Origin: an uncultured Acidimicrobiaceae bacterium
Lineage (GTDB): Bacteria; Actinomycetota; Acidimicrobiia; Acidimicrobiales; RAAP-2
NCBI GenBank assembly: GCA_903906055.1
Contig: CAIVIS010000072.1
Location: 1 to 53,411, forward strand
DNA: 53,411 nucleotides
Direction of reading: 5' to 3'
A model generated the notes under the pieces. The model ran no database searches and was not told the origin of the DNA. It saw nothing but the letters and a program-made list of their open reading frames with translations. Numbering within the stretch: the stretch's first letter is position 1; each line of letters opens with the position of its first letter. Below are positions 8,389 to 16,852 of this stretch, one piece after another. The position numbers and the translations under genes were made by a program.

Positions 8389-10683
8389 GTGAGTGCGATT
8401 CGTTCCTTGTCATCATCGCTCGGGCTCGATCCCGAGGGGATCGGGCACCATGTCCGCGTCCAGGATGTCCTGAGTTCGATCGCCGACCCCTACCTGTTCG
8501 GACGGTCGGTACGAGATACCGACGGCAGAATCGTCGACCTGTCACTAGTAGACGCCAACAGTGCGGCCCGTCTGGCCGCCGGAATCCCTCCGGGAGACTT
8601 GGCCAATGCACTTCTCTCTGACGTGTTCGGACCCGAGGACATACGCGCCCTGCTGTCCGACCTCGACACGATGGACCCGGGTGAGCCCCTGTCTCTCGAT
8701 GACTATCGGCTGAGCCCACTTACGGCCAGGACAAAGACCACCCGCTCCGATGTCCGAGTCACACAGGTCGACGGGTCGGTGGCCATCACCTGGCACGACG
8801 TCACCAAACTCTACGAGCAACGCAAGAAGTTCGAGCTTCTCATGAGTCACTCGGCCGATGTGGTCCTCGTGAGCCAAGACGGACTCCTGGACTGGGTCTC
8901 CCCCGGTATCGCCGACCTGCTCGGATGGACGGTCGCCGAGTTGGTCGGCACCTCGGGCGATGGGCTGGTTCACCCCGACGACCGGCACCGCATGCTCGAA
9001 TCACGCGCCCAGAACGCACAGGGTCTCTCGACTCAGGTCCGGCTGCGCTACCTCAGACGCGACGGTGGATACGTGTGGTGCGACGCACGCGCCCGTAGCG
9101 TGCACGATGATGAGTTGGGCGGCCTCGGGATCGTGGTCACTTTGCGCGACATCTCGTCCAGCATTGCACTCGAACAAGCACGCGACCGCTCAGATGCCCG
9201 CTATCGGCTGGTAGCCGAGCATTCATCCGATGTCGTCTACACCACTGATCGGATGCACTGTTTCAACTGGGTCTCGCCGTCGATGGCGACCATCCTCGGA
9301 TGGACGCCTGACGAGTTGGTAGGGACGCCGACCGATTCGCTGCTCGATCCCGTCGATCCCGCCGATCCCGACCTTCTTTCGGACCTCCGGCATCGGCTGT
9401 ACGACGAGGGCGGTGCGACCGAGCCGTTCAAGGTGCGCTACCGCACCAAGTCCGGGGGAACTCGATGGATGTCGGTGTCTACCCTGCCGGTCACCGAAGA
9501 CAAAGGTCTGGGCGTCGGTGCCGTCGTCACGCTCCGCGACTGCCAGGACGAAGTACTGGAGCGGCGGGCCGCCGATACTCTGTCCGCCGGCAACGGGCTC
9601 CTCGCAGTGGCCGAAGATGAGAAGGGCCTGCTCGGCGCCATGTGCGAGACCGCGGTCGCCGTCGGTGGGTACCGGTTCGCCTGGTACGGGCGGTGCGCCC
9701 CCACCAACGATGGCACCCCCGGCGAGCGGGTAGTGCCGGTGGCCAGCAGCGGCGGCTTCCAGCCGTACCTCGATCGCCTCGATATCCGGACGGCCAATAC
9801 TCGAACCGGCAGGGGGTCGGCTGGGCGTGCGGCCTGTACCGGGCATCCCGCTGTCGAGTCCGACATGGAGACTGATGCTGCAACCGCGTCGTGGAGCACT
9901 CAGGATCTTGGCCAGGAGTTCCGGTCGTCGGCCAGCTTCCCGGTAATCATCGAGGGAAGCCTTGATGGGGTCTTCAGCGTCTATGCATCCGAACCAGACG
10001 CCTTCGACGAGCACTCGCTCTCCATCTTGGAGGATCTCGCCACCACCCTCGGCTACGGCGTCGCTCGAGTGCGCGAGCGCAACGAGCTCCACCGTTCGTT
10101 CGTCAGCGCCATCGATCTGGTGGCCGCCGTCGTCGAGTCCCGCGACCCGTACACCGCTGGCCACCAGGCACTGGCTGCCGAGTTGGCCCGTGCCATCGGC
10201 GAAGAGTTGGGCCTCGATCCGCACCGACTGGACGGTCTGTCGCTGGGGGCTCGGATCCACGACGTCGGAAAAGTGGGTGTGCCCATCGACATCCTGTGCC
10301 GTCCCGGCGTGCTCGCCCCTGAAGAGCTCGCCGTGGTCCGGCGCCACTCGACCATCGGCTGGGAGATCGCCGGACACTTCGACTGGCCGTGGCCGGTGGC
10401 CGACATCATCCATCAGCACCATGAGCGGTTCGACGGGTCGGGCTACCCCCAAGGGCTCGTCGGCGACGACATCCTTCTGGAGGCACGCATTGTGGCCGTG
10501 GCTGATGCCTTCCAGGCCATCGCTGCCCGCCGTCCCTACCGCGCCGCACTCGGTGTCGACCGGGCCTTCGCCATCATCGTCGATGGCGCGGGAACCCAGT
10601 TCGACCCGACCGTCGTCGATGCCTTTGTACGAGTGCTCAACGCTGGGTTCCAGTTCAGCCTGTCGGGCACGGACGAGGCGTGA
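8389..10683 (+). CDS. Multi-sensor signalling protein: PAS-like x3, GAF-like, C-terminal HD-GYP phosphodiesterase domain
   Basis: HDVGKVGVP and HHERFDGSGYPQGL (HD-GYP). PAS-like blocks include LLMSHSADVVLVSQDGLLDWVSPGIADLLGW and LVAEHSSDVVYTTDRMHCFNWVSPSMATILGW. The GAF-like block ends at FSVYASEPDAFDE. Confidence 0.85.
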   Translation: MSAIRSLSSSLGLDPEGIGHHVRVQDVLSSIADPYLFGRSVRDTDGRIVDLSLVDANSAARLAAGIPPGDLANALLSDVFGPEDIRALLSDLDTMDPGEPLSLDDYRLSPLTARTKTTRSDVRVTQVDGSVAITWHDVTKLYEQRKKFELLMSHSADVVLVSQDGLLDWVSPGIADLLGWTVAELVGTSGDGLVHPDDRHRMLESRAQNAQGLSTQVRLRYLRRDGGYVWCDARARSVHDDELGGLGIVVTLRDISSSIALEQARDRSDARYRLVAEHSSDVVYTTDRMHCFNWVSPSMATILGWTPDELVGTPTDSLLDPVDPADPDLLSDLRHRLYDEGGATEPFKVRYRTKSGGTRWMSVSTLPVTEDKGLGVGAVVTLRDCQDEVLERRAADTLSAGNGLLAVAEDEKGLLGAMCETAVAVGGYRFAWYGRCAPTNDGTPGERVVPVASSGGFQPYLDRLDIRTANTRTGRGSAGRAACTGHPAVESDMETDAATASWSTQDLGQEFRSSASFPVIIEGSLDGVFSVYASEPDAFDEHSLSILEDLATTLGYGVARVRERNELHRSFVSAIDLVAAVVESRDPYTAGHQALAAELARAIGEELGLDPHRLDGLSLGARIHDVGKVGVPIDILCRPGVLAPEELAVVRRHSTIGWEIAGHFDWPWPVADIIHQHHERFDGSGYPQGLVGDDILLEARIVAVADAFQAIAARRPYRAALGVDRAFAIIVDGAGTQFDPTVVDAFVRVLNAGFQFSLSGTDEA

Positions 10684-10828
10684 GGATCACCGACTGCTAG
10701 AACATCCGGATGCTCTCCATCGGTCGTGCCGTGGGTCGTGGCTTCGATGCGATGCGCGTACCCTCGGCGTGTCGCCACTCCGCCAATGAGCCAGACGAAG
10801 TGCCGACGGTGCTGCGCCCGGTGGCCCT

Positions 10829-11642
10829 TTGAACCCGCACCCCGAACAGCCGACATCCACCGGCCGGACAGCGATCGACACCGGCGGCCTCGGTCCGTTC
10901 ACCACCCGCCGAGTGATCCGCCTCATCGACGGAACCGAGGAGGTGTGGCAGTCGCGCTCTGCTCGTAAGCAGAGCCGGAACCCGACCGAAAAGACCTGGT
11001 GGGCACCGGGTGCGCTCGGTTGGTGGCTTGCCGTCCTCTTTGCCATCGGATCGGCCTGCTTCGCAATCGCCGCCATCCCGCCAGTGGCATCGGCACTCGG
11101 GGCGAGCTCGGACAACCTCCTCTACTTCGTCGGTTCCCTGTTCTTCACCACGGCCGGACTCCTGCAGTACGCCGAAGTGGCTGGCATCGACCAGCCGGGA
11201 CTGGTCGGCTTCAAGGCTCGAGCGCACACGCTCATCACGGTCGACATCGGTCGCATCGACTGGCTGGCCGCTGTCATCCAGAGCCTGGGCACGCTCTTCT
11301 TCAACATCAGCACCGGCCACGCGCTTGCCATGTCTGCGGCTCAACCACATTCGATCAACCATGCCGTCTGGAGGCCCGACGCCTTCGGATCGATTTGCTT
11401 CCTGGTATCGAGTTACCTGTCGTGGGCCGAGGTGTGCCACGGACCAGGGCGGATTCGGCCTCGAGGGCTCTTCGGCCATCGCTTCCAAGGTCCTGGCCGA
11501 CGGCGATCTCCGCAGTGCGACTTGGACCTCCCTCGGCACATTCATCGGTGGTCTGTGCTTCCTAGGTGCGTCTCTTCTGCTCCTGCCCGAACGGACCGAG
11601 GCTCGCGAAGGCGGTCCGGTCCCACTCCCCCGCCCAGAGTGA
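10829..11642 (+). pseudogene. Integral membrane protein, apparently split between two reading frames near 11440-11470
   Basis: The frame starting at 10829 reads as a membrane protein up to ...FLVSSYLSWAEVCHGPG and then turns Arg/Pro-rich. The +1 frame continues with GSSAIASKVLADGDLRSATWTSLGTFIGGLCFLGASLLLLPE and stops at 11642. Confidence 0.45.
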
Positions 11643-11702
11643 TCGGCCTGTGGCACGCGTAGGTTGCCGCTGGGCCAACCGGAGTACCGGGTGCCGCTCG
11701 GT

Positions 11703-11933
11703 TCAGGGGCCCTCGTCGAACCCAGGTGTGCTCCCGCCCCCCAACAAGTTGACCGCCTTCTCCACCGAGCGCCGGGCCCGGGTGATCCTCTTCTCCTCGG
11801 CCACCACTGCTGGATCTGGCTCGCCTCCGGCCCGAATGGTGTCCGCGTTCTGACGGAGCCGATCGAGGGCGGCATCAGCGAGGTCCTCGGCGATCGAACC
11901 CAATCGCACGGCCAACTCCTCCAGATCCGGCAC
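11703..11933 (-). CDS. Small hypothetical helical protein (76 aa) downstream of the acyl-CoA ligase
   Basis: GTG at 11933 is preceded by AGGGGG and lies 2 nt from the ligase stop. The frame shows GC3 bias. Peptide: PDLEELAVRLGSIAEDLADAALDRLRQNADTIRAGG... No family recognised. Confidence 0.4.
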   Translation of the reverse strand: MPDLEELAVRLGSIAEDLADAALDRLRQNADTIRAGGEPDPAVVAEEKRITRARRSVEKAVNLLGGGSTPGFDEGP

Positions 11934-11935
11934 GC

Positions 11936-13570
11936 TCAACCCCCTGCGGTCAGATCGACCTCGACCACGTCGAGCGCACCGGCGGCGTACCGAGCCCGCA
12001 GCACCTTCTTGTCGAACTTGCCCACACTGGTCTTGGGTACTTCGTCGATGATCGACCAGCGCTCCGGAACCCACCACTTGGAGACCCGGTCCGCCAAGAA
12101 CGCCACCAGGTCGTCCGGCGTAGTGGTCGACCCCTCCTCGAGCACGACAGCGGCCAGGGGCCGCTCGCTCCACCGGTCGTCGGGTACCGCGATGACGGCG
12201 GCCTCGATGACATCAGGGTGGGCCATGACCTCGTTCTCCAGCTCCACCGAGGAGATCCACTCGCCGCCAGACTTGATCACGTCCTTGCTGCGGTCGCTGA
12301 TCTGCATGTAGCCCTGCCCGTCGAACGAGCCGATGTCACCAGTGCGCAGCCACCCGTCGTGGAACCGATCCTCGGACGGATCGCCGTAGTACGAGCCGGT
12401 GATCCACGGGCCGCGGACCTCGAACTCACCGACGGCGACACCGTCGTTGGCCAGTACTGAACCGTCGTCGTCGCAGATCCGGACCTCTACGCCGGGCACG
12501 ATACGGCCGGCCTTGACCCGCCATTCGATCTCTTCGGCCGGGGCGGCCTGGCGGGGCGGAGTGGCCAGCGAACAGAGCGGACTCGTTTCCGTCATCCCCC
12601 AGCCTTGGACCATCTCCACGCCCATCTCGTCCCGGAACCGCTCGATGAGCAGTCGGGGCACGGCGGCACCGCCAGCCGTGATCATCCGGAGACTCGACAT
12701 GTCGACCGTGTTGGTCTGGGCGTATCGCAGCAGGTCGCTCCAGATGGTGGGCACGCCGGCCGAGACAGTCGGTCGGTGACGGTTGATGATGGCAGCCAAT
12801 GGGGCAGCCTGCAGGTACTGCTGGGGCATGATCAGGTCGGCCCCGGTCATGAATGCCGCATACGGCGTACCCCATGCATTGGCATGGAACATGGGCACGA
12901 TCGACAACACGCTGTCGCGCTCACTGATCCCGAGCGACGAGCCGGCGGTGATGGCCATGGTGTGCAGATAGGTCGACCGATGGCTGTAGACCACACCCTT
13001 GGGGTTACCCGTGGTGCCCGAGGTGTAACACATGGCCGCCGCTTGGCGTTCGTCGAACTGCGGCCAGTCATAGCCCGGCTCCTCGGCGGCCAGCAGCTCC
13101 TCGTAGTCCAAGGTGTCGCCCAAGGCCGAGGTATCGCCCTCGCCCACCACGATGATGTGGCGCACGGTGGGGATCTCATCACGCACCTCGCCGAGCAGGC
13201 CGGCGATGGACGCGTTGCAGATGATGACCTGATCCTCGGCGTGGTTGATGATGTAAGCCAACTGCTCAGGAAAAAGTCTCAGGTTCAGCGTGTGGAGAAC
13301 TGCACCCATGGCGGGGACGGCCAAGTACGCCTCCAGGTGAGCCTGGTTGTTCCACAGGAATGTCGCCACCCGGTCCGAGTCGCCTATTCCGAGTCGACCG
13401 AGTGCCCGAGCCAGTCGCTCGGCCCGCTCCGCCACTTCGGTGAACGTAGCCTCGACGGCATCGCCTTCGGGGCTCACGATTGTTCGGATCCGGCTGTCCC
13501 CGTAGACGGACTGGCCGTGGCGCAGTATGCCGCTGACCAGCAGCGGGTAGTCCTGCATGGTGCTGAGCAT
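11936..13570 (-). CDS. AMP-dependent acyl-CoA synthetase (long-chain fatty-acid-CoA ligase family)
   Basis: AMP-binding signature [20 protein letters not shown] and a C-terminal GWLRTGDIG block. Confidence 0.9.
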   Translation of the reverse strand: MLSTMQDYPLLVSGILRHGQSVYGDSRIRTIVSPEGDAVEATFTEVAERAERLARALGRLGIGDSDRVATFLWNNQAHLEAYLAVPAMGAVLHTLNLRLFPEQLAYIINHAEDQVIICNASIAGLLGEVRDEIPTVRHIIVVGEGDTSALGDTLDYEELLAAEEPGYDWPQFDERQAAAMCYTSGTTGNPKGVVYSHRSTYLHTMAITAGSSLGISERDSVLSIVPMFHANAWGTPYAAFMTGADLIMPQQYLQAAPLAAIINRHRPTVSAGVPTIWSDLLRYAQTNTVDMSSLRMITAGGAAVPRLLIERFRDEMGVEMVQGWGMTETSPLCSLATPPRQAAPAEEIEWRVKAGRIVPGVEVRICDDDGSVLANDGVAVGEFEVRGPWITGSYYGDPSEDRFHDGWLRTGDIGSFDGQGYMQISDRSKDVIKSGGEWISSVELENEVMAHPDVIEAAVIAVPDDRWSERPLAAVVLEEGSTTTPDDLVAFLADRVSKWWVPERWSIIDEVPKTSVGKFDKKVLRARYAAGALDVVEVDLTAGG

Positions 13571-13820
13571 GGTGGTTCCTCTCCTGTCGCCCTATCGGCT
13601 GACGACCGAGTGTACCGAGCCGTAGTCGTGACGATGGGACCGTGCTCTGAGCGATCCATCGGTGACGCGGCCAGCCGTGCGGCGATGTATTGGTTGGAAC
13701 GGTTCGCAACTGACCCTGACCAGAAGGCCGTAGACAAATGACACATCCGACCGATAATCTCACTGATAGAGGTAATTGCAGCACTCTGAGTAGTCAAGCT
13801 GCAGGGAAGGTTCGAGGGGC

Positions 13821-14378
13821 ATGCCACGAACATTGATGACCATCATGGCCACAACCATCGCCGTAGGTGGTTTGGCCACCGGAGTAGCGGGTGCAGATTC
13901 GGCGGTGCCGAAAACTCCTGCGGCAGCTGTCGCCGCCGCGTCTGCCGAGGAGCAGCAACTCCACGCTGCCATCGTTGGACTGACGGCCACAGAGCGGCAA
14001 CTCCAACGCACCCTGGCCGAGCAGCAGTCCGCCTCGGGCATCCCTACGGACACACTGATACCGCCGCCAGAGGTGCCGACGACGACCACACCAGCGGGCG
14101 CGGTGTCGACGACGACGCGCCCTGCCGTGGGTCCGCCTCCGACAGCGCCGTCCCGAGTCCAGTCTCAGCCGTCGCAGACGTCAGACCATGATGATGAGTC
14201 GACTGCAGGTCGGTCGGGACCGACCACAACGACACCGAGCACGCCGAGCACGCCGAGCACGGTGGCGACTCCGGTGACGACGACACAGCCGCCAGCTCCA
14301 TCCACTACCACCACCCAGGCACCCGCTCCCTCCACCACGACCACCCAGCCCCGGAATCGAGGTGGTTCCGATGACTGA
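13821..14378 (+). CDS. Secreted Pro/Thr-rich low-complexity protein
   Basis: Signal peptide MPRTLMTIMATTIAVGGLATGVAGA-DS. A short helical segment (EEQQLHAAIVGLTATERQLQRTLAEQQ) precedes a P/T-rich tail. The tail includes PSTPSTPST (9-bp x3 DNA repeat at 14235-14261) and TTTQPPAPSTTTTQAPAPSTTTTQP. Confidence 0.6.
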   Translation: MPRTLMTIMATTIAVGGLATGVAGADSAVPKTPAAAVAAASAEEQQLHAAIVGLTATERQLQRTLAEQQSASGIPTDTLIPPPEVPTTTTPAGAVSTTTRPAVGPPPTAPSRVQSQPSQTSDHDDESTAGRSGPTTTTPSTPSTPSTVATPVTTTQPPAPSTTTTQAPAPSTTTTQPRNRGGSDD

Positions 14379-15054
14379 ACCGATCGGACCAAGACGCGGT
14401 AGCCGTAAACGCCGCAGCGTGGTGTCGTCCTCGGTGGCAGCCGCCGCCACCGTGGGTGTGACCGGGCTCACCATGGCGTGGGCTGTGGGCTCCACTCCGG
14501 CGACCGGTGTGGCGGCCGGGGCGGCGCAGGTTTCGACTCAGATAGCCGCCGACAAGGCAGCGATGGCCGAGATCCGCCAATCGATCGCTGCCACCCAGGG
14601 CCAGTTGGCCGCCCTCGGTATCGTCGTCCCCAGCTCGGCGACGACCCCAGGGGATCCAGCGGCACCAGCGGCACCAGGAACGCCAGGCACACCAGCCACA
14701 CCTGGCGCACCCGTGCCAGCCGGCGCCACCGCAGCCACCGTCGGAAAGAACGGATCAGTCGTTGCACCAGCGGGGGGAAGTGGCTCCGCAGCCTCCACAG
14801 CCAAGACCCCAGGATCAGTAGCCGTCTCCGGTGGATCATCCAGTTCTGGCGGTGCCGCGCCCTCGACCAACTCGGCATCTAGCGGCGCTTCGGCGCCAGC
14901 TCCGGCACCGGTGGCCACCACTCCGGCTCCAAGTCCGACATCGCCGCCTGCGACATCACCGCCAGCGACCGCACCTCCAGTGACATCCCCTCCGGCCACC
15001 ACGCCTCCACCTCCGGTGACGGCCACCACGGGTGCGTCGGCGGCCACGCCGTGA
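14371..15054 (+). CDS. Secreted Pro/Ala/Ser/Thr-rich low-complexity protein
   Basis: ATG 14371 follows GAGGTGG and overlaps the upstream stop (ATGACTGA). Basic N-region and hydrophobic core end in MAWA-VGS. A helical segment (QIAADKAAMAEIRQSIAATQGQLAALG) precedes the low-complexity tail. The track start is GTG 14362. Confidence 0.6.
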   Translation: MTEPIGPRRGSRKRRSVVSSSVAAAATVGVTGLTMAWAVGSTPATGVAAGAAQVSTQIAADKAAMAEIRQSIAATQGQLAALGIVVPSSATTPGDPAAPAAPGTPGTPATPGAPVPAGATAATVGKNGSVVAPAGGSGSAASTAKTPGSVAVSGGSSSSGGAAPSTNSASSGASAPAPAPVATTPAPSPTSPPATSPPATAPPVTSPPATTPPPPVTATTGASAATP

Positions 15055-16007
15055 CCCAGGTCGAGGTCGACCATCGCATAGCGGTGGTTGCCAGCATCCG
15101 GGCTATGGCTTGTGACGTCACCGTCCACGGGCCGACCGATACCACCGCGGCCTCGTCGATCGACCGGGCACTCGACGTCTTCCGAGCCGTCCATCGGTCC
15201 TGCACCCGCTTCGATCCCTCCAGTCCGCTGATGCGGATGAACGCTCGTCCGGGGCAGTGGCACGAGGTTCCTCCTGTCCTGTTCGGCGCCGTTACCGAGG
15301 CGTACGCCGCCTACGAGCGGACGCAGGGGCGGTTCGATCCTCGAGTGCTGAGCGACCTGGTCGACTTGGGCTACGACCGGAGTCTCCCCTTCGAAGACGG
15401 TGTCGACACTCCCAAGCGCAGCGGAAGCCATCGCCAGCCACTAGAGCGCTGGCGACCCCGCTTCCTCGCCGGTCGCCACCCCGAGATCCACCTGGGGGGC
15501 ATTCCCATCGACCTCGGTGGGATCGGCAAAGGCCTGGCCGTACGGTGGGCCGCCGAGATCCTGGCCGAGGAGATGAGCGACTTCTTCGTCGATGCTGGCG
15601 GCGACTGCGCCTGTCGGGGGACCGGACCCGAGGAGGATGGCTGGCGAGTGGGCGTCGAAGATCCCCGTGGGCGCCTATGGCCCGTCGCCGTGCTCGCACT
15701 GCGCGATCGAGCCTGCGCTACGTCATCGACCCGCCTGCGCCGGTGGCGCTCGGGAACCGAAGCCGCCCACCATCTGATCGATCCGGCCAGCGGCAGTCCC
15801 GGTGGAGCCGGACTGCGCTCGGTGACCGTCGTGGCCGATGATGCCGCCGAAGCCGAGGTCACCACCAAGTCCCTCTTTTTGGCCGGTGTCGACGGCATCG
15901 CTGCTGGCGCCGCTTCGCGCGATACGGCCGCTCTGTGGGTGGGCTCCGACGGTACCGTCGGGATGAGCGCGGCCATGAAGCGCTATGTCGTGTGGACCAA
16001 CGAGTGA
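15051..16007 (+). CDS. apbE: FAD:protein FMN transferase (ApbE family), no signal peptide
   Basis: IRAMACDVTV (the AMGT-type N-terminal block), IDLGGIGKGLAV, FFVDAGGD and HHLIDPASG motifs. The GTG overlaps the upstream stop (GTGA at 15051-15054). No upstream in-frame start is available. Confidence 0.85.
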   Translation: MTQVEVDHRIAVVASIRAMACDVTVHGPTDTTAASSIDRALDVFRAVHRSCTRFDPSSPLMRMNARPGQWHEVPPVLFGAVTEAYAAYERTQGRFDPRVLSDLVDLGYDRSLPFEDGVDTPKRSGSHRQPLERWRPRFLAGRHPEIHLGGIPIDLGGIGKGLAVRWAAEILAEEMSDFFVDAGGDCACRGTGPEEDGWRVGVEDPRGRLWPVAVLALRDRACATSSTRLRRWRSGTEAAHHLIDPASGSPGGAGLRSVTVVADDAAEAEVTTKSLFLAGVDGIAAGAASRDTAALWVGSDGTVGMSAAMKRYVVWTNE

Positions 16008-16852
16008 GCCACGACTCGGCAGTCTCTACCGAGCGGCGGTCACCCACCGCCCCCCGGTCTGTTCCCGAGCTCTCCCTCGACGGAACGTTGCCGATTCTGG
16101 AGCCATCGTCTGACCTGCCGGCGAGACAGCCGGCGTCGCCGATCCCCGAGTTGCGGCCTTCTTCATCGCCACGCTCGCCCCTCGCCCAGGCTGAAACCCC
16201 CGGCTCACGAGCACGGCCGGTGGCCATGTTGGCCGGTCTGCTGGTGGCGGCCCTGCTCGTCGGTCGGTTCGCTGGAACCCCGACCCAGACATTGCTCCAC
16301 AACAAGATGCTGCCGTGGATCCTTGGCCGCAGTTTGGGGGTGGCCACCTATCTGTCGCTCACGGCCATGGTGTTCCTCGGGCTGTGGCTGCGCCATCCGT
16401 GGCGGGCCCGCTTCCGTCGGCCCGGTCCCGAGTCCATCCTTTGGGCCCACGTATCCCTGGCCGCATGCACCGTGGCGCTGCTGGCCGGTCACCTCACCGC
16501 ACTGGCCCTCGACCGCTACGCCGGGGTCGGATGGACCGGGGTGTTCGTCCCGTGGGGAGCGCAGTACCGCCCCACCGCTGTGGCCCTCGGCACCCTCGCC
16601 TTCTACCTGCTCCTCTTGGTGATCGGCACGGCAGCCCTGGCCGGGTCGATCGGTCGAGCCGTCTGGTTCCCCATCCACACCGCCTCGGTGGTGGTCTTCT
16701 GCATGACCTTGGCTCACGGGGTCCTGTCCGGTAGCGACGGCACCTCCCTTCGGTGGGTCTACGTAGCCTCGGGCCTGGTGGTCCTCACGCTCCAGTTCAC
16801 CCGGTGGCTGGCCGGGACTCTTGGCCATGGCTCCGCGGTGATCGACGAATGA
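16004..16852 (+). CDS. Stand-alone ferric-reductase-type (NOX/FRE/MsrQ-like) 6-TM membrane domain protein
   Basis: Six hydrophobic helices. His pairs are H-x13-H (codons at 16448 and 16490) and H-x12-H (codons at 16676 and 16715). The protein ends right after TM6. GTG 16004 overlaps the apbE stop (GTGA). Confidence 0.75.
   Translation: MSHDSAVSTERRSPTAPRSVPELSLDGTLPILEPSSDLPARQPASPIPELRPSSSPRSPLAQAETPGSRARPVAMLAGLLVAALLVGRFAGTPTQTLLHNKMLPWILGRSLGVATYLSLTAMVFLGLWLRHPWRARFRRPGPESILWAHVSLAACTVALLAGHLTALALDRYAGVGWTGVFVPWGAQYRPTAVALGTLAFYLLLLVIGTAALAGSIGRAVWFPIHTASVVVFCMTLAHGVLSGSDGTSLRWVYVASGLVVLTLQFTRWLAGTLGHGSAVIDE

Noticed and set aside
13758-13772. tctcactgatagagg resembles a tetO half-site (cagtgatagag), upstream of the redox operon and divergent from the acyl-CoA ligase gene.
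   Set aside because: It is a single half-site with no dyad partner, and no TetR gene is adjacent. Most likely chance similarity.
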